Positions 39,634-53,791 are shown, numbered from the stretch's first letter. The stretch is 64,000 nucleotides of DNA from Octopus vulgaris (GCA_951406725.2 OX597835.1:7254001-7318000); one strand, 5' to 3'. Notes: a model not told the origin generated them from the letters alone. Numbers and translations are program-made.

Positions 39634-39835
39634 ATCCAAACAAGAAAACACAGAAAAAACACAGCAACGCGAGGACGTGGAACAATTAAAGTATTATTTG
39701 ACGCTCAGGAAATAAGGGAAGGAGGGTTTAACGTTTCGAGCGGAGCTCTTCGTCGGAAACAAGGAGAAGGAAAGATCTCAAGAAGGGAAGACAGAGGAAA
39801 AAAATATTTTTGCTGGTGGTGCTCAAGAGATCACA
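39630..39835 (-). mobile_element. ~200-bp Penelope-like element with hammerhead (related copy at 61150-61362)
   Basis: clear reverse-complement similarity to 61150-61362; one end in (TA)n. Confidence 0.7.
39726..39760 (-). ncRNA. minimal type-I hammerhead, CCGACGA core
   Basis: GTTT-CCGACGA-a-GAGC-tcc-GCTC-GAAA-CG-TT-AAAC. Confidence 0.65.
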
Positions 39836-40199
39836 TATACGAATGTGTATTCGTGTGTATGTGTGTGTTTTGCTGAGTTCATCCACTTGAGTTGGTTTAC
39901 AATAATATCTGTGGAGAACTTTTGAAGTGTGATTATGGTGAAACGGATTTTTTAAAAGCATCTTTATCTGATTTATTATAGGATGTTAAATATTTGAGAT
40001 AATAAATGTATCAATGAGTGCATTCTTATACAGTTTAATGAGCTGCCTGAAGAGATTGACGGTATAAATGACAAATGCTATTTGAATAATAAGATTATTA
40101 TAGTTCTCTAAAATCAAGGAGAGAAATAGAGAAATGGAGAGTCGCTGATTGCTCAAGGCACAAAGCTAAGTATTAATCCGTTCATTCGAGTTGTTGAAT

Positions 40200-40560
40200 A
40201 ATTTTCTGGCTTTTTATTTATCGAAATGACAACTTTCACTGAAAAAATCTGATGTCTAGATTGTCTTCGCATTAAGCTTGTTGAGTATGCAGATCTTTTC
40301 AGCTATGCATTATCTACAGCGTGTTTTGAAGCTTCCGTAAAGTGTACATCTTTCGAGAATCTTAAATTTGATGTTGATTGCAGTAGCTTAAAATTACAGA
40401 TGTCGTGAAACTTTTGTTCCATTCTTTACCGTTCCCTGTGATTTTGAAGAGAGACTTTAATTTAAAGTATCGAGGTTGAAAAATTCTTGAACCATTCCTG
40501 CATAATGTCTACGCTCAGTTTGGAGTATATTCAAGACACACTCTATGCAGAATACGCTCC
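40200..40560 (-). mobile_element. Penelope GIY-YIG endonuclease remnant
   Basis: RHYAGMVQEFF (YIG-like) then INIKFKILERCTLYGSFKTRCR*CIAEKICIL, matching the I.W.IL...RC.LC..EK..IL pattern. Confidence 0.6.
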
Positions 40561-40635
40561 TTTATCATATTGTAACGACATTGCTTCAACCAGATGATGA
40601 GGAGGATGAAAGAGGCGGGCAACAAATATAAACCC

Positions 40636-40854
40636 TCTCTCTCTTTACTCTTTTACTCTGTTACTTGTTTCAGTCATTTGACTGCGGCCATGCTGGAGCA
40701 CCGCCTTTAGTCGAGCAAATCGACCCCGGGACTTATTCTTTGTAAGCCCAGTACTTATTCTATCGGTCTCTTTTGCCGAACCGCTAAGTGACGGGGACGT
40801 AAACACACCAGCATCGGTTGTCAAGCAATGCTAGGGGGACAAACACAGACACAG

Positions 40855-40913
<59 letters not shown>

Positions 40914-41038
40914 TATACGACAGGCTTCTTTCAGTTTCCGTCTACCAAATCCACTCACAAGGCATTGGTCGGCCCGGGGCTATAGCAGAAGACACTTGCC
41001 CAAGATTCCACCCAGTGGGACTGAACCCGGAACCATGC
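40636..41038 (-). mobile_element. SINE family M, lacking the first ~40 nt
   Basis: close match to 38447-38896. Confidence 0.9.
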
Positions 41039-41199
41039 TATAATCATCACATCAAGATAGCCGGAAACTCCAAAGAGATTCTTGCTCTACAATGGAAAGT
41101 TGTAGGTTATCAATGCTACCTATTTGAGTTGGATTGTTAGGGGCCGGGAAGACTTTCTTTCCAGGGCGGGCCCCTACTTTTCTGCATGGCGGGCCACAG

Positions 41200-41515
41200 C
41201 TCCGGTACTGCAGACATGTGATTAGAATGTCACAGCAAAGAATCACAAGATAAATTCTTCGAGCCGAGCTAAACGGCAGGAGACTAATATGAAGACAAAA
41301 AACGAGACAGTTAGTTACGCTAGGGAATGCAGCCGGAATGTCTAACGATGGGTCCTTCACGTAGAACTCTACATACGAAGTATCTGGGAGGAGATACATG
41401 GGAGGATGGACAGAGGGATTGCCTGTTAAGTACTTTTCTTCTCAAGGAAGGTCACCATATGAAGACAGCTATTTTTAATGCAGAACGAAGAAACGTATTT
41501 CGTAGATGACCCAAT
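41200..41515 (+). mobile_element. possible RTE 3' remnant
   Basis: ttc.agccgagctaa..gcaggagac shared with ~51180; decayed. Confidence 0.35.
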
Positions 41516-42081
41516 GGTCTGTAATAATTTTTTAAGTGCCAAGTGTATAGAATTTTACGCGCAAATATCAACGTTACAAACAATCTGATATGGAAAGTGA
41601 ATAAAATAAACCAAGAAAATATACAACATACTTCTTCATTCATTTAACTTTCAAAAAAAAAAAAAATAATAATAATAAATAAAATAAACTATACCTGGAA
41701 TATGCAACACACGTTTTATTTCACCTTCGCAGAAACATTCAGAGAGACTAGGAAGAAGCATAAGAGAAAAATGGATGTGGTAGAAGAAATACTTCTACTG
41801 CAATCTCTATATCATGAGAGCTGCAGATCTCGATAAGATTCTCACTTTACACCGAAAAAAGAAATAGACGCTGTCACTGTTTCATTTGCGAAGAGAAGCC
41901 TGCTGTAGTATTTTTGCATTCACACTCGTTCATCAAAAGAATAAAGCATCCAGGTTATTCTCCAGATATTTTAACGGTTTTAAAAGAGAGAACGAAATAA
42001 CGCAGTACATCTGATCTGATCTGGTGGTGTCATGATGTTTTTTACCAGTTAAATATAGGGATATTTACATCGAAAGATTAC

Positions 42082-42126
<45 letters not shown>

Positions 42127-42313
42127 ACACACACCACAAAAACGCGCACACAAACATACACACATATATATATGTATGTATGTATGTATACGTATATATA
42201 TATAATTTCATACACATGCTCGTAGATCGCTACAAGTAGGCGATCTTGTAAATATATGTATATGTATATAGTTGAAATTTACAGAAAAACACACATACAT
42301 ATATATACATATA

Positions 42314-42480
42314 CACGACAGGCTTCTTTCAGTTTCCGTCTACCAGATCCACTCACAAGGCATTGGTCGGCCCGGGGCTATAGCAGAAGACACTTGCCCA
42401 AGATGCCACGCAGTGGGACTGAACCCGGAACCATGTGGCTGGTTAGCTAGCTACTAACCACACAGCCACTCCTGCGCCTA
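42314..42480 (-). mobile_element. SINE family M, 5' half
   Basis: complete head ending cctgcgccta on the plus strand. Confidence 0.85.
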
Positions 42481-42595
42481 TATTATTATCATTTTTAAAT
42501 TGATGCACTAGATAATAATAGAGTTAATGATATCTTCGCAAATTAATTTTTTCTGAATTGCTTTTTCTCGCGAATTAATTGTTCCGTATCGAGAT

Positions 42596-42678
<83 letters not shown>

Positions 42679-43083
42679 CTATATCTATATATATATATAA
42701 ATGTATATAGCAAAACTAGAACAGAATTTTATTCACCTTACTTTGAGTCGTACGGATAATACCGCACTAAGTTGGTGCTTCAACTTAAGTACCTAATTCA
42801 AATGAATCTCATTTATTCCTTATATATATATGTGTGTGTATTGCATGTATGTATATATGTATATTCATATATATACATATATGTGTGTATGTATATGTGT
42901 ATGCATAAATGCATATGTGTATATATATATATATACTTATATATATATTATTGAAGTACATAAATGAATTATCTTATTACGGATAATTCAAATGATAACC
43001 GATACCTGGGTAGCAAAAATCACAACAGAAAAAGCATGGTTGAAGTTACGACCATGGGGCATAAAAACCGTGCCTTAGTGCGG

Positions 43084-43123
<40 letters not shown>

Positions 43124-43548
43124 ATAGATATATATACAGATATATATACATACATATATATACATATGTACATACATGTTTGTATGCTTGTGTGTGTATG
43201 TGTGTGTGCGTGAGTGTCCAATTTAAATGGAAAGTTAAGGCGAACCGAATTTGTAGCTTTTATCATTTGAAGTTTTAAAAACAGTGTTTTTGAAATAGCT
43301 GTCAAATAGTTTACGTACAAACACACAACACAAGCACTCATACATACATGCATACATACATACATACATACATACATACATACATACATACATACATACA
43401 TACATACATACACACACAATGTATACGAAATGTGACTCGAAGGCGACGAGGAGAAATATCTTAAGTATTCTTCTATGGTTTCTTTCAATCATTTAAACTT
43501 TTACACGCATTATAAACTTGAAATATGTTCCAAATATTTTAAGACTGA

Positions 43549-43795
<247 letters not shown>

Positions 43796-44829
43796 TTACG
43801 TGTAGTAGTTAAACCGTCGTTGTCGAGGATGTCCAACAACACCAGAAGGTAAAAGAAGACGGGGCACGGAAAATCCGGCTGTGGCCGATCAGTCTGATGC
43901 ATGATGGGAAGGCTCTGTTCCAGGTCGGGGACTGGTGGTCTTCTGGGGCTGAAATCGAGGAGTGTCTCTGGACATGCGCAGTTCGCGTTTCCCTTGTATC
44001 CCTGCAACCCCGTTCAGTTTGGTAGGTGATGGCACATCTGTTGGTGCAGTTTCGCTAGACAGGGCGGTCTTGTACTTGCGTTTTCCAGGGTTTGGGGTTT
44101 GGTCCCAAGGCTCTTCAATGAGGCTTTGTGTGAGTCCTAAAGCGCTTTTTCTCTGTCCACCTTGCCTTTGGCCACTTCGCTGTAAGCCAGACTCTTGGGG
44201 AAGCAAGTATCAGACAATCGAACAAGGTGACCTGCCCACCTCCCTTGCCCTTTCCTTGACGGATCAGCTCGAGTGAGGATCTCCACAACAGGGACTTTGT
44301 TTTTGCAGGTGATTTTCAACAGGTTTCTCTTGCAGTTCATGTGGAACGGTTTATGTATACGTCTGTATTTACAAAAATAAGCCATACAATAGATATTTGA
44401 GTGACTTCTCATCTCCGTCATATTCCGTATAAATTGTGTGAGTGTATGTGTGCGTGAGTGTGCGGGGGTCAGTGTGTATAATATGTGACTGTGTGCATGC
44501 GTGTGTACATGTGTTGTGTGTCCGTCTAATATCTGTATATGAGCATAATCGGGATTATATTTGCTGTGGTTGTCAGTGTCAAAGCCGTGTCGATTGCTGC
44601 GTAGTTCAGCATTCAGTTGTTGTGTGTGTGTGCCTGAGTGTATCAGTGTGTGTGTCTGTGCGTTTGCGTGTGTGCATGTATATGTGTGTGCATGTGTTTG
44701 TGTGTGTCCTCGCATGCATGCGTGTGTGTTTGTCCGTATACACACACACGCACACATACATATGTAAAGAGATAACTAGATCGATAAACAGATCGATATC
44801 TAGGTCTATACGTGCCAACAGAGTGTTTA

Positions 44830-44884
<55 letters not shown>

Positions 44885-44895
44885 TACATATATAT

Positions 44896-45296
44896 ATTCT
44901 TTTATTCTTTTATTTGTTTCAGTGATTTGAGTGTGGTCATGCTGGAGCACTCCCTTTAGTCGAGCAAATCAACCCCAGGACTTATTCTTTGTAAGCCGAG
45001 TACTTATTCTATCGGTGCCTTTTGCCGAACTGCTAAGTTACGAAAACGTAAACACACGAACGTCAGTTGTCAGGCGATGTTGGGGGAGACAAACATTGAC
45101 ACACAAACACATACACATATATATATACATGTACACGACGGGCTTCTTTTAGTTTCCGTCTACCAAATCCACTCACAAGGCTTTGGTTGACCCGAGGCTA
45201 TTGTAGAAGACACTTGCCCAAGGTGACACGCAGTGGGACTGAACCCGGAACCATGTGGTTATTAAGCAAGCTACTTACCACACACCCACTTCTGTG

Positions 45297-45299
<3 letters not shown>
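44896..45299 (-). mobile_element. SINE family M, full length
   Basis: head, internal microsatellite, tail. Confidence 0.9.
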
Positions 45300-45381
<82 letters not shown>

Positions 45382-45549
45382 AATTTTTTGCGTAATATAT
45401 ACACATGCTGACATAGAACCAATGTTGAACCCTTTATTCGCAAAATTACCGAATCTGGAACTTAACTATGGTCTGTCTATAGCACTTATTCAGCATTACC
45501 TAAAACCTTTGGGTCTCAATGACATCATTATCTCTCATAAAACCTCAAC

Positions 45550-45589
<40 letters not shown>

Positions 45590-45679
45590 AGTTGAATGAA
45601 TTATCCTAGTATGGATAATTCGGTTAACCGATACCCGGGTAGCAAATTCACGTCAGAAAAGCACGGTTGAAGCTACATG

Positions 45680-45722
<43 letters not shown>

Positions 45723-46055
45723 TATAATATATTTATATATATATATATATATATATAATCTGTGTTCGCTCGCGCGCGCGTGTGTGTATCAAAGTGTTTG
45801 TGAAAGCGGATGTAGGTATGTCGGAGATTACTTTTCAAAAACAAAATGAGCCACCAAACAAAACGAAGCGAGCAGAGAATGAAGAAAACCCCCACAACGC
45901 ACGACGCCACTCTTGAAAACAAGGAGAGTCATGATACGAGATGGAAACAACAACAATAAAAGCGGAAACGATTACAATTGCGCTGTCAACTATATCTGAA
46001 CCAGCAATAATTTCATTAGAAAACACAAATATAAGAAGCCTAAAGATAAAGTTTC

Positions 46056-46469
46056 GTAGTGGCTGTGTGGTAAGTAGCTTGCTAACCAACCACATGGTTC
46101 CGGGTTCAGTCCCACTGCGTGGCACCTTGGGCAAGTGTCTTCAAACTATAGCCTCGGGCCGACCAAAGCTTTGTGAGTGGATTTGGTAGACGGAAACTGA
46201 AAGAAGCCCGTCGTATATATATATATGTATATATATATGTGTGTGTGTGTATGTTTGTGTGTCTGTGTTTGTCCTTCCAGCATTGCTTGACAACCGATGC
46301 TTGTGTGTTTACGTCGCCGTCACTTAGCGGTTCGGCAAAAGAGACCGATAGAATAAGTACTGGGCTTACAAAGGATAAGTCCCGGGGTCGAGTTGCTCGA
46401 CTAAAGGTGGTGCTCCAGCATGGTCGCAGTCAATAGACTGAAACAAGTAAAAGAGTAAAAGAGAGAGAG
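46056..46469 (+). mobile_element. SINE family M with 26-bp TSD
   Basis: tataagaagcctaaagataaagtttc at 46030-46055 and 46470-46495. Confidence 0.92.
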
Positions 46470-46653
46470 TATAAGAAGCCTAAAGATAAAGTTTCATAAA
46501 GAACAAACAGACAGACAAACAAACAAAATATCTCGTTTTATATGAATGCTGTAACATAAAGATAAGTGTCCCTTTTTTTTTCATTATTATTGAGTGAGAG
46601 AGCAGTGCATGCCATCAACGTGACACTGGGGTCAAATATACGAAGCCCAGAAT

Positions 46654-46896
46654 CATCATCATTGTTCGACCGTGGTCGAGACAATGGAATTTACCATGCT
46701 ACGCCAGACTTCACGGTCCATCATGGCATTACGGAGGTCCTATTGCTGGATGCCTGTATCCCTGGAGATTACATCTGGGTAGGAGAGTGTGCGCCCTCTG
46801 GTATTGCGAGTAGATGGACTCTCTTACCTTTCACAAGAGATGACACAGGTGGTAGTTTCCCATAAATTTGCATTTTGGTTGGATGGCGCTTCCACG
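46654..46896 (-). mobile_element. RTE-type LINE 3' fragment
   Basis: SWKRHPTKMQIYGKLPPVSSLVK ... DLRNAMMDREVWRSMV; (ATG)n tail; TSD agcccagaat at 46644-46653 and 46897-46906. Confidence 0.8.
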
Positions 46897-47444
46897 AGCC
46901 CAGAATACCCATCATGACTACTAGTCTGATAAGGGTACGCCAGACACATGCATCACAATCATATGTGCACGACATGGTTATCTCATATCAAGATAAACAG
47001 CGCATGACCTTGCAAGTAGGGCCCAGTTAGAATTTTCTTCTGGTTGAGTAGCCCATACCACTCAAAAAGTCCCTGAATAAGGTTTGTTTTAAGAATGATG
47101 AACAAAACACCCATGTTTCCAGTAGTGAATTATCCAAACCCCAAAGAATGCTTTTCAACACATGGATATGATGCTCCCCCACTACTTCTGAGATGCACAT
47201 ATCGTAAGGGGCATGCTCAAATGGTTAAGGGCAAACAGCTGATAAGCAAATCTGTGGTATTGAGCAGAATATTTGCTGTAGGCCATCTTTTATACCAAGA
47301 CAAAACATGAACTACATTATCCAATACGATTTCTTGCTTAGTTTTTTTATTATTCGGATATTCGAAAGAGTAGAATGTAATTTGATGCAGATTTAGCTGC
47401 TGTTTCTAGCGGACCGAGTGGTACCATATAGCTTTCGCATTGAA

Positions 47445-48385
47445 TGTGTGTATGCATGCATGTATATATGTGTTTGTATTTATGTATGTATGTATTTATG
47501 TATGCATGCATGTATGTATGCATGTGTGTATGCATGCATGCCTGTATGTGTAGGTAAGCATGTATGTATGCGTATGTATGTATACATGTCTCTATGAATA
47601 TATGCGTATGTATGTGTGTGTATGCATGTATGTATGTGCGCATGTATGTATATGTGTAAGTATGCTTGTATGTATGCGTATGCATGTATGTATGTGAGTG
47701 TATGTATGTACGTGTGTGTGTATATATATGTATGTATGTATATATGTGTGTATGTATGTATGTGTATGTATGTGTGTATGTATGTGTGCATGTATGTGTG
47801 TGTGTATGTATGTATATATGTGTGTATGTATGTATGTGTGTATGTATGCCTGTGTTTGTATGTATGTATGCTTTTATATATGTGCATGTATGTATATATG
47901 TGTGTATGTATGTATGTGTAAGTATGTATGTATGTATGTATGTATGTATGTGAGTGTATGTATGTGTGTATATGTATGTGTGTTTATGTATGTGTGTATG
48001 TATGTATATGTGTGTATATGTATGTATGTATTGTGTATGTATGTATGTGTGTATGTATGTATGTATGTATGTGTGTATGTATGTATGTGTGCATGTATGT
48101 ATGTGTGTATGTATATATGTATATGTGTATATGTGTAAGTATGCATGTAAGTATGCATGTATGTATACCTGTATGTATGTACGTGTGTATGTATGTATGT
48201 ATGTATGTATGTATGTATGTATGTACGTATGTATGTAGGTATGTACGTATGTATGTATGTATGTATGTATGTATGTATGTATGTATGTATGTATGTATGT
48301 ATGTATGCATGTATGTATGTATACCTGTATGTATGTGTGTATGTATGTATGTATGTATGTATGTATAACGTGTGTATGTATGTAA
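47445..48385. repeat. (TATG/TG)n microsatellite
   Basis: direct reading. Confidence 0.95.
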
Positions 48386-48697
48386 AACAGTATCTTTCGC
48401 AGGTATTGTATGTCGCTTTATCCACAGACAGAGGAGAAAACACTTTCTCCCTAAGTCCTTAGGGTGCCGTTTGGGGGCTCAACATCGGGATCGAACCCGG
48501 GTGCTGACTGGTTGTGAAGCGAACTTTCTTATCACGAAGCCGTACTTGTACTTCTACTCAGCATTTCAGACATCCAGAAAACAAGATATTTTTCACAGGT
48601 AACGTGATAGTAAGAAAGAAGAAGAAGAATGAAAAGAAGCGAGCGGCGAGGGTGGGTTGGGGGGGAAGCGAAAATATTTATATATATATATAACAAT

Positions 48698-48762
<65 letters not shown>

Positions 48763-48824
48763 ATAATATACATTCAAATGTGAATGAGAAAATAGAGAGC
48801 GAGAAGAAAGCAAGTGTGTGAGAA

Positions 48825-49460
48825 CACGTGAAGAGAATATTGAATGTGAAAATCTGAAGCAGTTCGTTACTGTTTTCCCATATATAGAAATGAGAATGCG
48901 CAAGAGAGACAGATATAAAACAAAATAAAAAAAAAACACATAGAAACAAGAAAAAAAAAGATAATCCAATAAAGACGCATCAGAAATTACGGAACAGATT
49001 CTTATCAATGGAATAATTGAGAATGATAATTTGCATGACGGGGAATTCTCCAAACCTCATACTCCTACGCGAACCCGCGAACCCGCGAATCGCTGAAGCG
49101 CATATTTGTTTTATGAACGAACGACTGAGGCAAAAACGTGACACGTGTTTGGAAAACACCGGTGGCCTCACGTGCGAAGGGTGGGGTATATCATGACGTG
49201 GTAATGACGGCACAAGTCTAGATTTGGTCAAATTCAATGGACACGTGGCTAAATAGTTAGGGTGTGATGATATCAATCGTTACAAGGTTACAACCGGACG
49301 TAAATAGCAGCGTTGTAATTATTCCACGTGCAAGCAAGCTGTGATTGCCGCCAAAGCGGTTTCGATTCCGTTTCGTTTTCGGTAACGGTTTGAAAACGTA
49401 AACAACAAAGGCTTAGAAATTTAATTACGCATGCAAACATATACATAAACATACACGTTG
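48825..49460. promoter_or_regulatory. candidate enhancer/promoter with E-box cluster
   Basis: CACGTG at 48825, 49142, 49169, 49242 and 49325; TGACGTGG at 49194; TGACG at 49205; CACGTT at 49454; locally CpG-rich and not repeated in the window. Confidence 0.5.
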
Positions 49461-49619
49461 ACAGACAGACAGACAGACAGACACACACACGAACATGCCA
49501 GCGTTTTAAAATCTGGGTTGGTGCCTTACCAAAATAAGGGGGTGGGTAGTGTTTGTCTTCGCTTCGGCACTAGCTATTAAGAAAACCCTTTTGGCTGAAA
49601 AGAACTGTGAAGACCACTA

Positions 49620-50858
49620 GGTATGTATGTATGTATGTATGTATGTATGTATGTATGTATGTATGTATGTATGTATGTATGTATGTATGTATGTGTGTGT
49701 GTGTATGTATGTATGTATGTATGTCTGTGTATGTATGTATGTGTGTGTATGTATGCATGTATGTATGTATGTATGTATGCATGCATGCATGTATGTATGT
49801 ATGTATGTATGTATGTATGTGTGTATGAGTGTGTGTATGTATGTATGTATGTAAGTCTGTGTATGTATGTATGTATGTATGAATGTATGTATGTATGTAT
49901 GTATGCATGCATGTATGTATGTATGTATGTATGTATGTATGTATGTATGTATGTGTGTATGAGTGTATGTATGTATGTATGTATGTGTGTATGTATGTAT
50001 GTATTCGTATGTATGTATGTATGTATGTATGTATGTGTATATATGTATGTATGTATGTATGTATGTGTGTATGTATGTATGTATGTGTGTATATATGTAT
50101 ATATGTATGTGTGTATGTATGTATGTATGTATGTATGTATGTATGTAGGTGTATGTATGTAAGTATGCAATTATGTATGTATGCGTGTATGTATGTAGGT
50201 GTATGTATTTATATATGCATACATGTATGTATATTTGAGTATCTGTGTCCATGCTTGCAAGCATGAATGCGCCCGTACATGTGTATGTATGTGTACGTGC
50301 ATATATGTATTATGTGTATGTACGTGCATGTGTGTATATGTATGCATGTGCGTACTGTACGTATGCATATATGCATAATTATATATCTACATACATACAT
50401 ACATACATACATACAAACATACATAATACAAACATATATACATATAAACATACATACATACATACAAACATACATACAAACATACATAGGAACATACATA
50501 CAAAGATTCATACAAGCATACATACATACATACATCCATACATACGTACATACATACATACATACATAGATACAAACATCCATACATACGTACATACATA
50601 CATACAAACATACATACGTACGTACATACATACGTACGTACATACATACATACATACATACATACGTACATACATACATACATACATACATACGTACATA
50701 CATACATACATACATACAAACATACATACATACAAACGTTCATACAAACATACATACATACATACAAACATACGTACATACATACATACATACATACATA
50801 CATACATACATACATACATACATACATACATACATACATACATACATACATACATACA
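49620..50858. repeat. (TATG)n array followed by its complement (CATA)n
   Basis: 49620-50200 is TATG; 50388-50858 is CATA. Confidence 0.95.
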
Positions 50859-51129
50859 TTCCCGGTTTTAATTCCCGGAGGAAACAATTCCATTTGGTTA
50901 TTCCTCTTATATTACCTTCAAACACATTTGACGAAAATATAATGAATTAGATTTGTGTTTTTCATTTGTCTGATCTGCAAAGTATGACATTTCCACATGA
51001 AAATCAAAACGGAAAAAAAAAAGGAGGACACGAAAGCTGACCACTATTTCAAGTATATGTTGGCGCCAGGTTTTAAAAGCGTCTGATGTATTTTCATACA
51101 TTTATTACTTGGGAGAGCAGATCTCCGCT

Positions 51130-51520
51130 ACAACGGAAATGCGATTAGAATATTGCAGGAAAGAATAGCACGACCGATTTTTCAAGCCGAGCTAACAGCA
51201 GGAGACCTCGGAGAAGACCAAGAACGAAAGAAACGGTTGTATAATGTCCACAGTGTCAACTGGTCGTGCTTGGGAATCCAGCATGAAAGTGTAATGTCGG
51301 TTGCTTTTGATAGAACGTTTTAGTGGAGATGCCTGCCGAAGATTCTGTTTCGCGTCCAACAGAAGAGTTAAAGACAAAATAAGAATGAGATGGCTGGACA
51401 ATATCCATTGTCTCAAGTGGTCATACTTAGATATGCAAACGGAAATTGCAACGGCTGTTGCTTCTGATGGGTCCCTATGCAGAGACTGCCTGGGGGCTGT
51501 ACTCCCTCGACTTTTTCAGG
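51130..51520 (+). mobile_element. RTE-like 3' remnants
   Basis: RPRRRPRTK and KIRMRWLDNI resemble the RTE G.R.RGRP..RW.D motif. Confidence 0.5.
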
Positions 51521-51699
51521 AATAGTGGGAGAACGAAAATGAAAGTGTGCATGGATGGATGGATGGATGGATGGATGGATTGATGGATGGAAGGAAAGAA
51601 GACCAGAGGATTAGCCTGGAATTTAGGCTCTTGGAGGACATGAGAATGGTATTTGTAAACGTTACATTGAACATGGAGGAACTTGTGAAAATATATGCA

Positions 51700-51782
51700 A
51701 CCTAAAACCGCTAAGTGACGGGGACGTAAACACACCCGCGTCGGTTGTCAAGCGATGTTGGCGACAAACACAGACACACAAA

Positions 51783-51850
<68 letters not shown>

Positions 51851-52019
51851 TATATACGACGGGCTTTTTTCTGTTTCCGTCTACTAAATCCACTCACAAG
51901 GATTTGGTCGGCCCGAGGCTATAGTAGAAGACACTTGCCTAAGGTGCCACGCAGTGGAACTGAACCCGGAACCATGTGGTTCGTAAGCAAGTTACTTACC
52001 ACACAGCCACTCCTACCCT
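51700..52019 (-). mobile_element. SINE family M, 3'-truncated
   Basis: head and internal (CA)n present. Confidence 0.85.
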
Positions 52020-52362
52020 ATAATAAACGTCGGAATACTAAAAGGTTTCTTTTTTTTTTTAAAGGTGCAACGTAGTATTTTTCTGATGCTCCAACGAGTC
52101 TGCAAGCTCACTGCCTCGGAGAGATTCGAAATCAGAATGTAATGAATGGAGAGAAATATCGCTACGTCATTGATATTCGATGCGCAGTAACAAAATACTT
52201 TGTGGCGTTGGCACTTGGTCAGCAGAGATCAGAGGACGACATTGAGGAATTCTGCATTGACACAACCAGTATTAGAAACAACAACTGCATCAACAGCCTG
52301 ACCACAAACAATAACAACGACAACAACAGCAGCAACATATGTATGCATATGTATATGTGTTC

Positions 52363-52398
<36 letters not shown>

Positions 52399-52690
52399 GT
52401 ACATAATATATATATATACAAACCTATGGCAGCTAATACAAAGAGTAACTGAAGTTAGATAATCATCGTCACCATCATCATCATCATCATCATTATCATC
52501 GTCATCATCATCATCATCATCATCATCATCGTCATCATTATCATCATCATCATCATCATCATCATCACCGTAAAGACAACTATAGCATTAACAACTTTAT
52601 CAGACGCAATGGGAGAAGAAACGGCAACAGATAAATATACATACACTCACACACGCATATATATATATATATACACACACATATGTATAT

Positions 52691-52730
<40 letters not shown>

Positions 52731-52789
52731 GAACATAAGACTATTTTTGTACATACACACACATACACATATATGTATATATGCATGTA

Positions 52790-52827
<38 letters not shown>

Positions 52828-52884
52828 ATATATGTATGCATATACATACATATATAAATATGCATATTTATATAGTATACGTAT

Positions 52885-53767
52885 AGCGGTTACGATGGGT
52901 AAATAGTCGCCATTTTATATTTTTAATTTCACGCATGCGCACTGTTTGTTTTTGACAGTGTTGACTACACAGTACAGTAGGCTCAGTTGGGCACCGTCTG
53001 TGAGAAAAACAGCATTATGACACAATTCACACTACTAGAATTTTGGAAACGATAAGCTGTACTGCTTGGCATTCGCACCGGAAGCTCCAATACGAACAGA
53101 TAAGCAAACCAAGCAACCGTTGGCTTGCCGTGTACCCAAATCACGTACCTAGGGTGATAAAAGTCAAACATACAGCCAATATCACGGTGTTTCGAGTGCT
53201 CACTACCGATAGCAACATTATGCCTCCATTCAGCTTCCCACACGGCCTCAGACTCAAAGGAGACATACATCAAGTGCCTGAAGGAGGTAGTGGTGCCCTG
53301 GCTCAAGAGGGTAGCTGCTGGAAAACACTGTCTGACAACAGGACTTTGTACCATGCCACACAAGCAGGAGTACCCAGTCATGGAGGCCAGACATTTCTGC
53401 GACCCTGTCACCCTTAACATCTGGCCACGTAACTCCCCAGACTGCAAACCCCTTGATTAAAATGTGTGGGGCGCAGTTGAGCGAGAGACCAACAAAACAC
53501 CAAAAATGAACTTAAGGCAAGGATTATAGCAGCATTCACCAACTTAAACAAGGAAACCGTCAAGAAGAGTTGCAGGAGATGCCGAAGTGGTCTGGAGGCC
53601 GTAGTTGAAGCCAATGGCGATTTTATGGAATAAATTTACTCTTTAGAATTTCAAGATCTTTTTTTTTTCTTTTTGTGATTTTGGTAAATATATCTGTTAA
53701 AACGAGATGTCGGTGTTATTTTCATTTTTGCGTAATTTTAGACGACCGTTTATTCACCGCACCTTGT
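52885..53767 (+). mobile_element. maT/mariner-type DNA transposon, internally deleted
   Basis: WPRNSPDCKPLD, VERETNK, RSGLEAVVEANGDF*; degenerate TIRs at both ends; extra right-end-like piece at ~54405-54490. Confidence 0.8.
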
Positions 53768-53791
53768 ATCTATGTATGTATATATATTTAT

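Noticed and set aside
46565-47310. Non-repetitive-looking sequence around the RTE insert
   Set aside because: Probably another dispersed repeat, but I cannot support a family assignment
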